Shown: positions 8,879 through 17,376 of the stretch, piece after piece | Numbering within the stretch: the stretch's first letter is position 1 | How the letters are laid out: each line of letters opens with the position of its first letter | Origin: an uncultured Eubacterium sp. | GTDB lineage: Bacteria > Bacillota > Clostridia > Lachnospirales > Lachnospiraceae | Length of the DNA: 36,148 nt | NCBI GenBank assembly: GCA_964601425.1 | Contig: CAZRNI010000002.1 | Coordinates: 16,967-53,114, forward strand | Direction: 5' to 3' | Position numbers and translations under genes: made by a program | The notes under the pieces: model-generated | What the model was told of the DNA's origin: nothing | The model's database searches: none | Seen by the model: only the letters and a program-made list of their open reading frames with translations

Positions 8879-9777
8879 CTGACCGGTCTTTTCCTTTCCG
8901 CAAGCCAGATGCTCTCATCCTGCTTTGCAAGCAGCACGGATCTGGCTCCTGTTTCGGTGTCGTCACTCTCCTCGTAACCGTCATACGGCGCTTTCGGATC
9001 GTGCGGCTTTTGCCTGTGCAGAGAATTGCAGACCTGATCCTTGTGAGCAAACGCAAAGTCCAGATTGTCTGTCCAGCCGGTATGGCCTGTGATGATCTTC
9101 GGCTGCAGGCCTCTGTCCCGCAGCGTTTTCTCCAGCGCTGCCAGCGAACGCTTTGCCAGCTCATTATCTTCCGCAAGAGAATTGATAAAGCTGTATCCGC
9201 CGTTCGCACCGAACCAAAGCGTATCTCCGGTAAAAAGGTGTGCATCATCGATCAGGAATACCATATGTCCCCAGGTATGCCCGGGAACCAGCAGGCATTC
9301 TATTTTGATGCCATCGATATCCAGAACCTGTCCGTCCCGAAGAAGTTCTTTGGCATTGCCGGTCTTCACCATCGGCAGTTTATAGAGCCCGAAGATCACC
9401 TTGCGGCGCACCTCGCCGGTCAGATATCGGTTCTCTGTCTCACTCAGGTAGAGGGTTGCATTTGAAAACAATCCGTCGCTGTCTTCTTCCACGGCCCCTA
9501 CATGATCGGTGTCCTGATGTGTGATCAGGATATGCTTTATGGATGCCGGTTCAATATCCAGCCACTTCATTTTTTCTGCCAGACGGTCGTAGTTGTATCC
9601 GGCATCGATCATGACGGTTGTTCCGTTCTTCGTGTAAAAGAAGATATTTGCGATCCACTCCCGTACACAAGCCACTCGATCATCGATCCATCCCGTATTC
9701 AGGGGTTTGAAGATCTCTTTACCCCGGTATCCGAGGCTCATGACTTTCTTCTGAAAATTTGAAGCTTTCTTTGACAT
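8875..9777 (-). CDS. MBL-fold metallo-hydrolase
   Basis: IDAG, THQDTDH, PGHTWGH, FTGD and TGHTG motifs. Confidence 0.9.
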   Translation of the reverse strand: MSKKASNFQKKVMSLGYRGKEIFKPLNTGWIDDRVACVREWIANIFFYTKNGTTVMIDAGYNYDRLAEKMKWLDIEPASIKHILITHQDTDHVGAVEEDSDGLFSNATLYLSETENRYLTGEVRRKVIFGLYKLPMVKTGNAKELLRDGQVLDIDGIKIECLLVPGHTWGHMVFLIDDAHLFTGDTLWFGANGGYSFINSLAEDNELAKRSLAALEKTLRDRGLQPKIITGHTGWTDNLDFAFAHKDQVCNSLHRQKPHDPKAPYDGYEESDDTETGARSVLLAKQDESIWLAERKRPVR

Positions 9778-9857
9778 GGTTTATACACGCTCCCTGCACT
9801 GCAGCTTTTTCGTCTTCCCTGTTCGTTTACATACAGAGTTCAACATCTCTTTATTAT

Positions 9858-9873
9858 GTTAGCTAATGCTAAC
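9858..9873. promoter_or_regulatory. GTTAG-N6-CTAAC operator, copy 2
   Basis: GTTAGC-TAAT-GCTAAC directly abutting a CATAAT -10-like hexamer upstream of the MBL gene. Confidence 0.65.
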
Positions 9874-9882
9874 CCGCGCCGG

Positions 9883-9907
9883 AAAAAATATGCCGTTGAT
9901 ACGGCAT
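9883..9907 (-). terminator. Rho-independent terminator after the HTH gene
   Basis: ATGCCGT-N4-ACGGCAT stem followed by ATTTTTT on the minus strand. Confidence 0.6.
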
Positions 9908-9926
9908 CTCACTGGCTTCTACGGAG

Positions 9927-10136
9927 TTATTCCGCGCTGTCGACGTATTCGACAACATCTCCGAAATCACACTGCAACGTCCGGCATATCTTCTCCAGAA
10001 TCTTCAGGTTCACTGTGAGATCTTTCCGGAGCTTTGTCATAGTATTCGGTGCGATTCCGGCCGACTTCCACAGTTCGGCGCTGCTCATGCTCCTGTCTTC
10101 CAGCAGTTTCCACAATCGGTTATATGAAACAGCCAT
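9927..10136 (-). CDS. Cro/C1-type HTH (HTH_26) transcriptional regulator
   Basis: MAVSYNRLWKLL...ILEKICRTLQCDFGDVVEY, a family signature common on Firmicutes mobile elements. Confidence 0.9.
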   Translation of the reverse strand: MAVSYNRLWKLLEDRSMSSAELWKSAGIAPNTMTKLRKDLTVNLKILEKICRTLQCDFGDVVEYVDSAE

Positions 10137-10166
10137 CTACAGTCCTTCCCCTGTCATTCAACAATC

Positions 10167-10184
10167 GGTTAGCTTTCTCTAACC
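10167..10184. promoter_or_regulatory. GTTAG-N6-CTAAC operator, copy 3
   Basis: GGTTAG-CTTTCT-CTAACC upstream of the HTH gene. Confidence 0.6.
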
Positions 10185-10246
10185 ACCATACCAGACCTTG
10201 CTGGAAATATCAAGCCGCAATCGCAAAATCGTGAAATCGGCAGTGG

Positions 10247-13039
10247 CTATCGCGCCTGGCTGCCGCGCATTTGCCGATAGATCCACTGCATCAGTGTATC
10301 CACGACATAGGCCTGTTCTTCGGCTGTCAGTTCCCTGCCTTTGGGAATCCCGTGCCACTTTTCAAGACACCCTCTGCAGCAGGTCCCGGTGGCATGCTGT
10401 CCGATGAAGACCGGGTGGCCTTTCATCGGTGTCTGTTTTCCATCGTTCGGAATCACTGCCGGTGCCAGGCGTTTTGCGATCAGATCCTTGGCATGACTGC
10501 GGATCGTGTCCATCCCTTTGTCGTTAATATACTGTTTATCTGCAGCGTTTAACTGAAAGCGGCTCCGGAATGCTGACTGCGAAAGACGCGTAAACAGATC
10601 GATCTTCAGCCAGTCACGATGTGATACTTTTGCTTCGGGATCGCTGCCAGCAGATGCTCTGCCTGTATGATAAGGGGAAGCTGACTCTGCTACCGCCATT
10701 AGAGGCTGTGGAATATCTGCATATACAGTGGAACTGTTCAGTTCCTCAATAGCGGTTCCGTTCGGCTCTTCATCTTGTCCCTTGAATGCTTTTCCGGGCT
10801 CGTATGCAGGTAGAGCAGCCTGCAGCTTTTCTTTCAGCAAGGTGTTGCGCTCTGTCACCGTCACATGGTGCACGGCATAGGCAAGCGCTTTCTTTGTGCC
10901 GACGAGCACCAGCACCTTCTTGGCCCTCGTGATTCCGGTGTAGATCAGGTTTCTCTGAAGCATCACATAATGATTCATCATAACCGGCATAACGACAATA
11001 GGATACTCAGATCCCTGAGACTTATGGATCGTCGTGGCATAGGCGAGGACAAGCTCATCAAGTTCACTGACGTCATAGACGACGGATCTGCCGTCAAAAT
11101 CCACGGCGAGGTTTCGTTCCTCCAGATCCACCTGAGTGACCACGCCGATATCGCCGTTGAAGACTTCCTTATCGTAGTTGTTCCGGATCTGCATGACCTT
11201 GTCACGCGTACGGAAAACATACCCACCGCGTCTGAGGCCTGCGCCATCGGGGTTCAGGGCTTCCTGCAGCACCTGGTTCAGGTTTGCCGCACCAACCACA
11301 CCACGCTGCATGGGCGTCAGTACCTGGATCTCGGATGAGGGTGTCCGGTAATAGCGGGAAAGCTTCGTTTTTACCAGATCCACGATGATCTTTGCCGCCT
11401 CATCCGCAGGCGGAAAGTTATCCGGATCATCCGCGTGCGGATTGATCCGGTTTTCTTCCATATCCATGAAGAAGAAGTCGCTCTGCCGGCCGCCGCGGAT
11501 ATCCGGCATCTTCCCGGCGTTGACCCGGTGGGCATTCATGATGATCCTGCTCGTCTGCGCCTGCCGGAAGATCCTTGTCAGACGGACGACCGAAAAACAG
11601 CCGGAGTCGATGATGTCCCGCAGGACATTGCCCGCGCCGACGCTCGGAAGCTGGTCGATATCACCGACCAGGATCACCGTCATCGTATCCGGAACGGCCT
11701 TCAGCATGTTGTACATCAGCATGATATCGATCATGGAGCATTCGTCCACGATCAGGACATCGCCTTCCAGCGGATTCTCTTCGTTTTTCTGATACCCCTC
11801 CGGCGGCTTGACCTCCAAAAGCCGGTGGATCGTTTTCGCCTCCATATGGGTCGCTTCTGAGAGGCGTTTCGCCGCACGTCCGGTCGGGGCGGCCAGCAGG
11901 ATCTTTGCCCCGGCTTCCCGAAATGCCGTGATGATCCCAAGCGTGGTCGTCGTCTTGCCGGTTCCCGGGCCGCCGGTCAGCACAAGAAATTTGCTCTGCA
12001 CCGCCGTCAGGATCGCCTGCATCTGGATCTCATCATACTGCATGCGGGTCTTTTTGCTGATCCGCTCCGCGAGGCCATCTGTGGAGATACGGATCCCTTC
12101 GGGATTCTGCAGGATGGCCTTCAGCCGTTTTACCGTACCGGCCTCTGAGAACCAGAAGGGTGGGAGATAAATGGCTTTCTCCGGCTGCTGCGGCTGTGAG
12201 GCTGCTTCTGTCTGTGCCGCCGATGTCTCCGGAATCGTCTCGATCATCACATCCTCCGTGCGCACCATCTCGTCGAGGGTGATGGAGAGGATGTTTTCCT
12301 CAACAGACAGCAGCTCTGCTCCGGTCTTAAGCAGCTGGTCGCGGGTCGCGTAGCAGTGACCGTCCTCGGAGAGTTTGTTCAGGGTATACAGGATCCCGCT
12401 ACGCAGGCGGACATATTTTTCATGATCGAACCCCATCTTTTCCGCGATGGTATCAGCCGTTTTAAAGCCGATCCCCCAGATATCATCCGCCAGACGATAA
12501 GGATTTTCCTGCACGACCTTGATGCTGTCATTGCCGTAGGTCTTGTAGATCTTCGTCGCGTGGCTTGTACTGACATCGTGACTCTGCAGGAAAAGCATAA
12601 TGTTCTTGATTTCTTTTTGCTCCTCCCAGCCCTTTTTGATCCGCTCCACGCGGAGCTTCCCAATGCCCGGAACCCGGATCAGGGAGTCCGGATCCTCCTC
12701 GATCACATCCAGCGTGTCCTTGCCGAACTCCTGCACGATCTTTTTCGCGAACTTCGGACCGATCCCCTTGATCAGGCCGCTGCCGAGATACTTCTCGATC
12801 CCGAACACGGTCGCCGGGAGCGTCTCCTCGAATGATTCCATGGCAAACTGGCGGCCGTATTTCGCGTCGACCCGCCATTGTCCGCCGAGATACAGCACGC
12901 TTCCCACATGCACATCCGGCATGCTGCCGACGACCGTCACGAGGTCAGAAAAGCCCTTGGCCCGGCATTTGATGACAGAGTACCCGTTCTCTGCGTTCTG
13001 ATATGTAATTCTTTCCACAACACAGCGAAGGTGCTCCAT
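10247..13039 (-). CDS. recD2: ATP-dependent RecD2-like SF1B DNA helicase with C-terminal DUF4186 domain
   Basis: HhH repeats (IKGIGPK, VPGIGK), Walker A GGPGTGKTT, VDECSM, TIHKSQGSEY and YTGITRAK. The tail FRSRF...GKQTPMKGHPVFIGQHATGTCCRGCLEKWH matches DUF4186. Confidence 0.92.
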   Translation of the reverse strand: MEHLRCVVERITYQNAENGYSVIKCRAKGFSDLVTVVGSMPDVHVGSVLYLGGQWRVDAKYGRQFAMESFEETLPATVFGIEKYLGSGLIKGIGPKFAKKIVQEFGKDTLDVIEEDPDSLIRVPGIGKLRVERIKKGWEEQKEIKNIMLFLQSHDVSTSHATKIYKTYGNDSIKVVQENPYRLADDIWGIGFKTADTIAEKMGFDHEKYVRLRSGILYTLNKLSEDGHCYATRDQLLKTGAELLSVEENILSITLDEMVRTEDVMIETIPETSAAQTEAASQPQQPEKAIYLPPFWFSEAGTVKRLKAILQNPEGIRISTDGLAERISKKTRMQYDEIQMQAILTAVQSKFLVLTGGPGTGKTTTTLGIITAFREAGAKILLAAPTGRAAKRLSEATHMEAKTIHRLLEVKPPEGYQKNEENPLEGDVLIVDECSMIDIMLMYNMLKAVPDTMTVILVGDIDQLPSVGAGNVLRDIIDSGCFSVVRLTRIFRQAQTSRIIMNAHRVNAGKMPDIRGGRQSDFFFMDMEENRINPHADDPDNFPPADEAAKIIVDLVKTKLSRYYRTPSSEIQVLTPMQRGVVGAANLNQVLQEALNPDGAGLRRGGYVFRTRDKVMQIRNNYDKEVFNGDIGVVTQVDLEERNLAVDFDGRSVVYDVSELDELVLAYATTIHKSQGSEYPIVVMPVMMNHYVMLQRNLIYTGITRAKKVLVLVGTKKALAYAVHHVTVTERNTLLKEKLQAALPAYEPGKAFKGQDEEPNGTAIEELNSSTVYADIPQPLMAVAESASPYHTGRASAGSDPEAKVSHRDWLKIDLFTRLSQSAFRSRFQLNAADKQYINDKGMDTIRSHAKDLIAKRLAPAVIPNDGKQTPMKGHPVFIGQHATGTCCRGCLEKWHGIPKGRELTAEEQAYVVDTLMQWIYRQMRGSQAR

Positions 13040-13042
13040 CCC

Positions 13043-13684
13043 TTAAGTTCCTTTTCGGTCTTTCTCTGCAAGTACATGGATCGCAAACCGGATGGAATCT
13101 GCATTTCTGCGGTCATCTGGATCATTGCTCCGAACCATTTGCATATACTCGTCATAGATACTTTTCAGTGCGTCTGTCCGGTCCCGGTAGGCCAGCAGTA
13201 CTGCTGCCTGTGTTCTCGCATAGCCGTTGCGGAACTGCCGGAATCCTTCCGCCACCTGGTCAATGTACTTGTCGTCTGCCCGGCTTAGAATCAACATGGC
13301 GCATTCAATAAACCTGTCGAGACCGTTTGTCTGCAGTTTTTCAACTATCAACGCTGCTGTATCGTCACCCATCTGTATCGCTTTTCTGCACAGATAATCC
13401 CTGTTGGAGATCTCGATCTTTTTCTTCATAAATCGGACTAACTCTTCGGGAGTTGACAAAGCCTCGACAGCTGTCCGCTCTTCATCCATGGAATTTATCC
13501 GGCTTTGATCAAAAGATGCGCTGGCATATTCCGTAATCTTATCGTGCAGATCTGACTCAACCAGTATCTGCATTTGAAAAAATGATAATTCGCCTGCTGT
13601 CGGCAGGTTGCTTTCCGACTTATTCTTATCAAAGAAGTCCTTGGGTAAAGACCATTCCTGTCCATTCATTTCCGTCACCACCAC
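13043..13684 (-). CDS. Hypothetical alpha-helical protein
   Basis: 213-aa ORF packed between its neighbours. No recognised motif. Confidence 0.65.
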   Translation of the reverse strand: MVVTEMNGQEWSLPKDFFDKNKSESNLPTAGELSFFQMQILVESDLHDKITEYASASFDQSRINSMDEERTAVEALSTPEELVRFMKKKIEISNRDYLCRKAIQMGDDTAALIVEKLQTNGLDRFIECAMLILSRADDKYIDQVAEGFRQFRNGYARTQAAVLLAYRDRTDALKSIYDEYMQMVRSNDPDDRRNADSIRFAIHVLAEKDRKGT

Positions 13685-14103
13685 ATGTTATCGTCGTTAT
13701 TATAATCCGAGCACTCACTCTGCCAGAAAGGAACTCCTTCTTTTAGATCCCTGGCAAACTCCTTGTAATCTTCTGCAGATATCCTGCCCTGTTCCATCAT
13801 GTATTTATACAGCTTCTTAAGGCTTGCCGCCGTGCTCTTTACAGCAGCAGGAGTTGACCACATGCATTTATGAATAAAGAACGTGAAGAAGGAATCCAGA
13901 TACCCCAGGCCATCCTCCGGCAGAACAGCATCTTCCCTGAGAAGAAAATCGTTGATATACAGATCAGCGTTGTCCACATGGTTCCGGATCGTTTTCTTTG
14001 ACAGGCCGGCAGCCGCCAGGCTTTCTGCAAAGCCGGATAATAAGACCTGATTCTGTTTCATTGTTTCATTGCAGGCCTGTTCGTATTCTTCGTAAGATCC
14101 CAT
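13675..14103 (-). CDS. Hypothetical protein resembling a stand-alone integrase N-terminal (core-binding/SAM-like) domain
   Basis: F..SL..AGLSKKTIRNHVDN...SLKKLYKYM pattern with no catalytic RHRY residues. AGGAG RBS before ATG at 14103. Confidence 0.55.
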   Translation of the reverse strand: MGSYEEYEQACNETMKQNQVLLSGFAESLAAAGLSKKTIRNHVDNADLYINDFLLREDAVLPEDGLGYLDSFFTFFIHKCMWSTPAAVKSTAASLKKLYKYMMEQGRISAEDYKEFARDLKEGVPFWQSECSDYNNDDNMWW

Positions 14104-14153
14104 GGTGTCACTCCTGTTACAGATCGTTCTCGTGTTCCCGGATGTCTCGCTAT

Positions 14154-14348
14154 TCACGCCTGTTCCTCAATATCTTTCCGCAGCTTTTCCTTTTCTCTGC
14201 CACGGTCGTAATCCTTCTCGGATTTATGCGTGATCGTCCCAAGGTTCTGATTCAGAAAGTCCGTCACGCGCTTTTTCTGAGCCTGCTTCTTCAATTGCTT
14301 TTTTGTGCCTCTGCGTTTTGCAAGTGTAGAGATATCTTTCTCCTTCAT
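14154..14348 (-). CDS. Small basic hypothetical protein (64 aa)
   Basis: MKEKDISTLAKRRG... preceded by an AGGAG RBS. The longer ORF-track start overlaps sfsA. Confidence 0.55.
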   Translation of the reverse strand: MKEKDISTLAKRRGTKKQLKKQAQKKRVTDFLNQNLGTITHKSEKDYDRGREKEKLRKDIEEQA

Positions 14349-14364
14349 CACACGAAGCTCCTGC

Positions 14365-15081
14365 TTATTGATTTCTGTACCTTCCGGAATCCTCAACAAC
14401 TCCGGTGATCTTAATGCTGTCTGCCTCCACATGGCAACTGTAATAAACCACCTGTACGCCAGCCTTTGCGGCATTGGAAAGCGCCTGTCCGAATTCCGGC
14501 TGTGTCTCATCGTTCGGAAAGACCATATGGATCCCGTTCATCTGGATGACGAATGCGATCTTGCAGTGGTATCCTGCCCTGGATGCCTCTGCCAGTTCTT
14601 TCAGATGCTTTACGCCTCTCTCTGTCGGTGCATCCGGAAACAGACCGATACTGCGTTTCAGATCCGCAGCCAGTGTACAGCCCTTGACTTCAATCAGATA
14701 CTTTTCTCCCTTGCTCTCCATGTAGAAATCAAAGCGGGAGTCTCCATATGTATATTCCGGTTTGACAAGATCAAAAATCGGCTCCTGAAGATTTTGTTTC
14801 ATCAGGGCGTTCGGTGCCAGACTGTCTATATTGACCCACTTCAGCTTCGGTTTATAGACGGAAATGAGATCATAGGCTGTCTTCCTTGACGGATCCGGTG
14901 CCTTCTGCAGCGTAACTTTTGCATCCGGAACCAGGAGTTCTTTCAGTCTTCCGGTGTTTTTTACATGAACGATCTCCGCATGTCCATCAATCATCACTTC
15001 CGCCGTGAACCGATTGAGACGTTTCACAAAGATTCCCTGAACGGTATTCTCATATACGATGGTTGGTTTTTGTCTGCTCAT
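14365..15081 (-). CDS. sfsA: DNA/RNA nuclease SfsA
   Basis: RLNRF, HVKNTGRLKEL, SRFDF, IEVKGCTL and FPDAPTERGVKHL motifs. Confidence 0.93.
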   Translation of the reverse strand: MSRQKPTIVYENTVQGIFVKRLNRFTAEVMIDGHAEIVHVKNTGRLKELLVPDAKVTLQKAPDPSRKTAYDLISVYKPKLKWVNIDSLAPNALMKQNLQEPIFDLVKPEYTYGDSRFDFYMESKGEKYLIEVKGCTLAADLKRSIGLFPDAPTERGVKHLKELAEASRAGYHCKIAFVIQMNGIHMVFPNDETQPEFGQALSNAAKAGVQVVYYSCHVEADSIKITGVVEDSGRYRNQ

Positions 15082-15212
15082 ATTCTGATCTCATCGAGAC
15101 TGCAGCGGATCTCTTCAGTCACAGAATCATCGGCCGGCATTTCCAGCCACGGATGATCCTGCGGCTTATAAATCGTTTCCAGATCTTCGTTTATTTCATT
15201 CCGTTCTTTCAT
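15078..15212 (-). CDS. Small acidic protein (44 aa), translationally coupled
   Basis: MKERNEINEDLETIYKPQDHPWLEMPADDSVTEEIRCSLDEIRI. ATGA overlaps with both the flavodoxin stop and the sfsA start. Confidence 0.5.
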   Translation of the reverse strand: MKERNEINEDLETIYKPQDHPWLEMPADDSVTEEIRCSLDEIRI

Positions 15213-15682
15213 GCCAGCGCCTCCACCCAGGCTTTCAGTTCTTCTTCGCCTGCAGACGAAGAGAAAAGCTTCGCGTCCACGACTGTGCCGCCACCAACAT
15301 AGGGCTGCAGCTTCTCGGCCGTTTTGCCGATTCCACTGCCGCCGGAAGTGGCAAACGCCGCGATCTTTTTGCCCGAAAGGTCATAGCCTTTCAGGAAGGT
15401 GTTAACCACGTTCGGGGCACAGCCATACCAGATCGGGAACCCGACAAAGATCGTATCGTATTCCGTCATATTCTCCACTTTCCCGGAGACCGGAACTTCT
15501 TTCTTCCCGAGCTTCTCACGGTTGCACCGGGACAGCGGATTTGTCCATTTGATGTCCGCGACCGTGTATGGTTTCACCGGAACGATCTCAAAAAGATCCG
15601 CGCCGATGGCCTCGGCAAGGCGTTTTGCGACCTGCTTTGTGGTTCCTTCCGCAGAAAAATAAGTGACAAGGCTTTTGCTCAT
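15209..15682 (-). CDS. Flavodoxin
   Basis: YFSAEGTT FMN loop, VGFPIWY and FATSGGSG motifs. Confidence 0.92.
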   Translation of the reverse strand: MSKSLVTYFSAEGTTKQVAKRLAEAIGADLFEIVPVKPYTVADIKWTNPLSRCNREKLGKKEVPVSGKVENMTEYDTIFVGFPIWYGCAPNVVNTFLKGYDLSGKKIAAFATSGGSGIGKTAEKLQPYVGGGTVVDAKLFSSSAGEEELKAWVEALA

Positions 15683-15756
15683 AGCGATTCCTCCTGTTTC
15701 AGTTAGATAGTATTTCAGTCTTCAACAGCCCCTGTGTACATTTGAGTGCACAGTTG

Positions 15757-17346
15757 TTACAAATCTGTTATCTCCAGATCCCCCGCCATCTGCTGCACAT
15801 TCGCCCGAATATTAGTACTGTGGATATACCGGAACGGAATGTCTGTCTCCCGCGCATACCGAACATATTTGCCGTAAGTGGAGTGGGAGATGAAGTCGGT
15901 GAAGAAATAGACCGCGTCAGCGTTATTCATCACACGCACATCCCCGGCACCGGATGCCCCCGGCCTGACGTAAACCCAGTCGGGGAACTTATCCCGAAGC
16001 TGTGATGTCCAATTGTCATGTCCGCCTACGATGACGATCCGCTTCGTCCGAAGCGTTTTCTCCAAAGCCGAATAATCCGGCTCTTTCGCTGCGACATCCT
16101 CTTCTGTGGTCTGATATGCAAATTCGCGAAGTGCCTGAAGTTCCCTCCTAAGATCCTCCTGCTGCCGCTCCATGGCCTGCAGTTCACGGATCGTGCGGCG
16201 GCTTTCTGCTTGTTCCGACGCGGCATTTTTGAGATTCGCCTTGGCACGGCTAAGCAGGATCTTGAGTTCTGCATTTTCACGAAGGAGCTTTTCTGCATCG
16301 GCCGTGTTATCCGGAGAGGGCATGGGCATCGGGGGCACGTTTTCCTTTTTCGTATGGCCTATCGCTTTCTCATCCGGCTCGAACGGCTTGAAGTGAAGAA
16401 ATTCCCGTTCATGCTCATAGCCGTCTTTCATTCCGAACATCAGATTGATGTCATCTTCCAGCACAGCGAATTGAGAAGTATAGGCAGTGATCTGATCGAA
16501 TATTTCCAGATAATACAGCAGTTCCTCATCCGTGAATTCCCTCTTCGGGAAAGTCATTTTCAAAAGTGCAAAGGTGATAGCAAGAGACCTCTTTCTGCCC
16601 CAGACTTCCTGATTAAGATAGGCGTCGTATCCTTCCGTCACACCATAATAGCGGAAGACATTCTGCTTGAATTTGAAAATATCCCGCAGCTTCCTGAGCT
16701 TTCTGGATGAGAAAATGTCGCCGTCCGCAAGCCCGTCCGTCCTCTCAATGCATTCGTCGAACAGGCCTTCCGGAAAATCCAGAAACTCCGGCTTTGTCAG
16801 ATAGTCATACGGCATATCCTTTACATCATCCTGTATCATCTGATAGGCGGCGACACAGGAAAAATGTAGCGTAATCCCGAAGAACGGGGCAATCGTCAAA
16901 ACCCGGGCACAGGTTTCAGCAAGAACTTCTTCGTCATTTTCAAACCCCATCAGTTCGTCGAAACTGATCGTCTGAAAGCGCTTCAGGACATTGTATTCCC
17001 GCTTATAATAGGTTTTGTAAAGCCGCCGGAACAGTTCCTGCGAATACCCGCTGCCCTTTCGGGCGGCGGACAGCATCATGCTGGTGATCTTGATTTTAAA
17101 ACCTTCTCTCGGATCCCGCTGATGCATGACCTCCCGGAAATACGGACCGTCCGTATATTCCGAAAGAGACGCCGCTTCATGCTTCAGAAATTCCGAGGCA
17201 ATGATTGGAAAATCAAACGAGAAAGCATCCTCTTCCCAGAAGGTAAGGATAAACAGCATCTCCGTTTCATCCGTTCCCTTCAGAGGCTCTGTCAGTTCTA
17301 TATCATCTGAGAACAGCTTGTTGTAATAGCTTTCGTCTCTTGCCAT
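15757..17346 (-). CDS. Large coiled-coil protein with C-terminal DUF2325-like domain
   Basis: Coiled coil at about aa 350-410, then RIVIVGGH...FFTDFISHS...IPFRY, which is the DUF2325 pattern. Confidence 0.7.
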   Translation of the reverse strand: MARDESYYNKLFSDDIELTEPLKGTDETEMLFILTFWEEDAFSFDFPIIASEFLKHEAASLSEYTDGPYFREVMHQRDPREGFKIKITSMMLSAARKGSGYSQELFRRLYKTYYKREYNVLKRFQTISFDELMGFENDEEVLAETCARVLTIAPFFGITLHFSCVAAYQMIQDDVKDMPYDYLTKPEFLDFPEGLFDECIERTDGLADGDIFSSRKLRKLRDIFKFKQNVFRYYGVTEGYDAYLNQEVWGRKRSLAITFALLKMTFPKREFTDEELLYYLEIFDQITAYTSQFAVLEDDINLMFGMKDGYEHEREFLHFKPFEPDEKAIGHTKKENVPPMPMPSPDNTADAEKLLRENAELKILLSRAKANLKNAASEQAESRRTIRELQAMERQQEDLRRELQALREFAYQTTEEDVAAKEPDYSALEKTLRTKRIVIVGGHDNWTSQLRDKFPDWVYVRPGASGAGDVRVMNNADAVYFFTDFISHSTYGKYVRYARETDIPFRYIHSTNIRANVQQMAGDLEITDL

Positions 17347-17376
17347 AACCGGCCCTCCAAACGCGACCTTTTCTGA

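Noticed and set aside
15732-15753. CTGTGTAC-N6-GTGCACAG dyad upstream of flavodoxin
   Set aside because: Single imperfect copy with no assignable regulator. It could be an operator or a weak hairpin.
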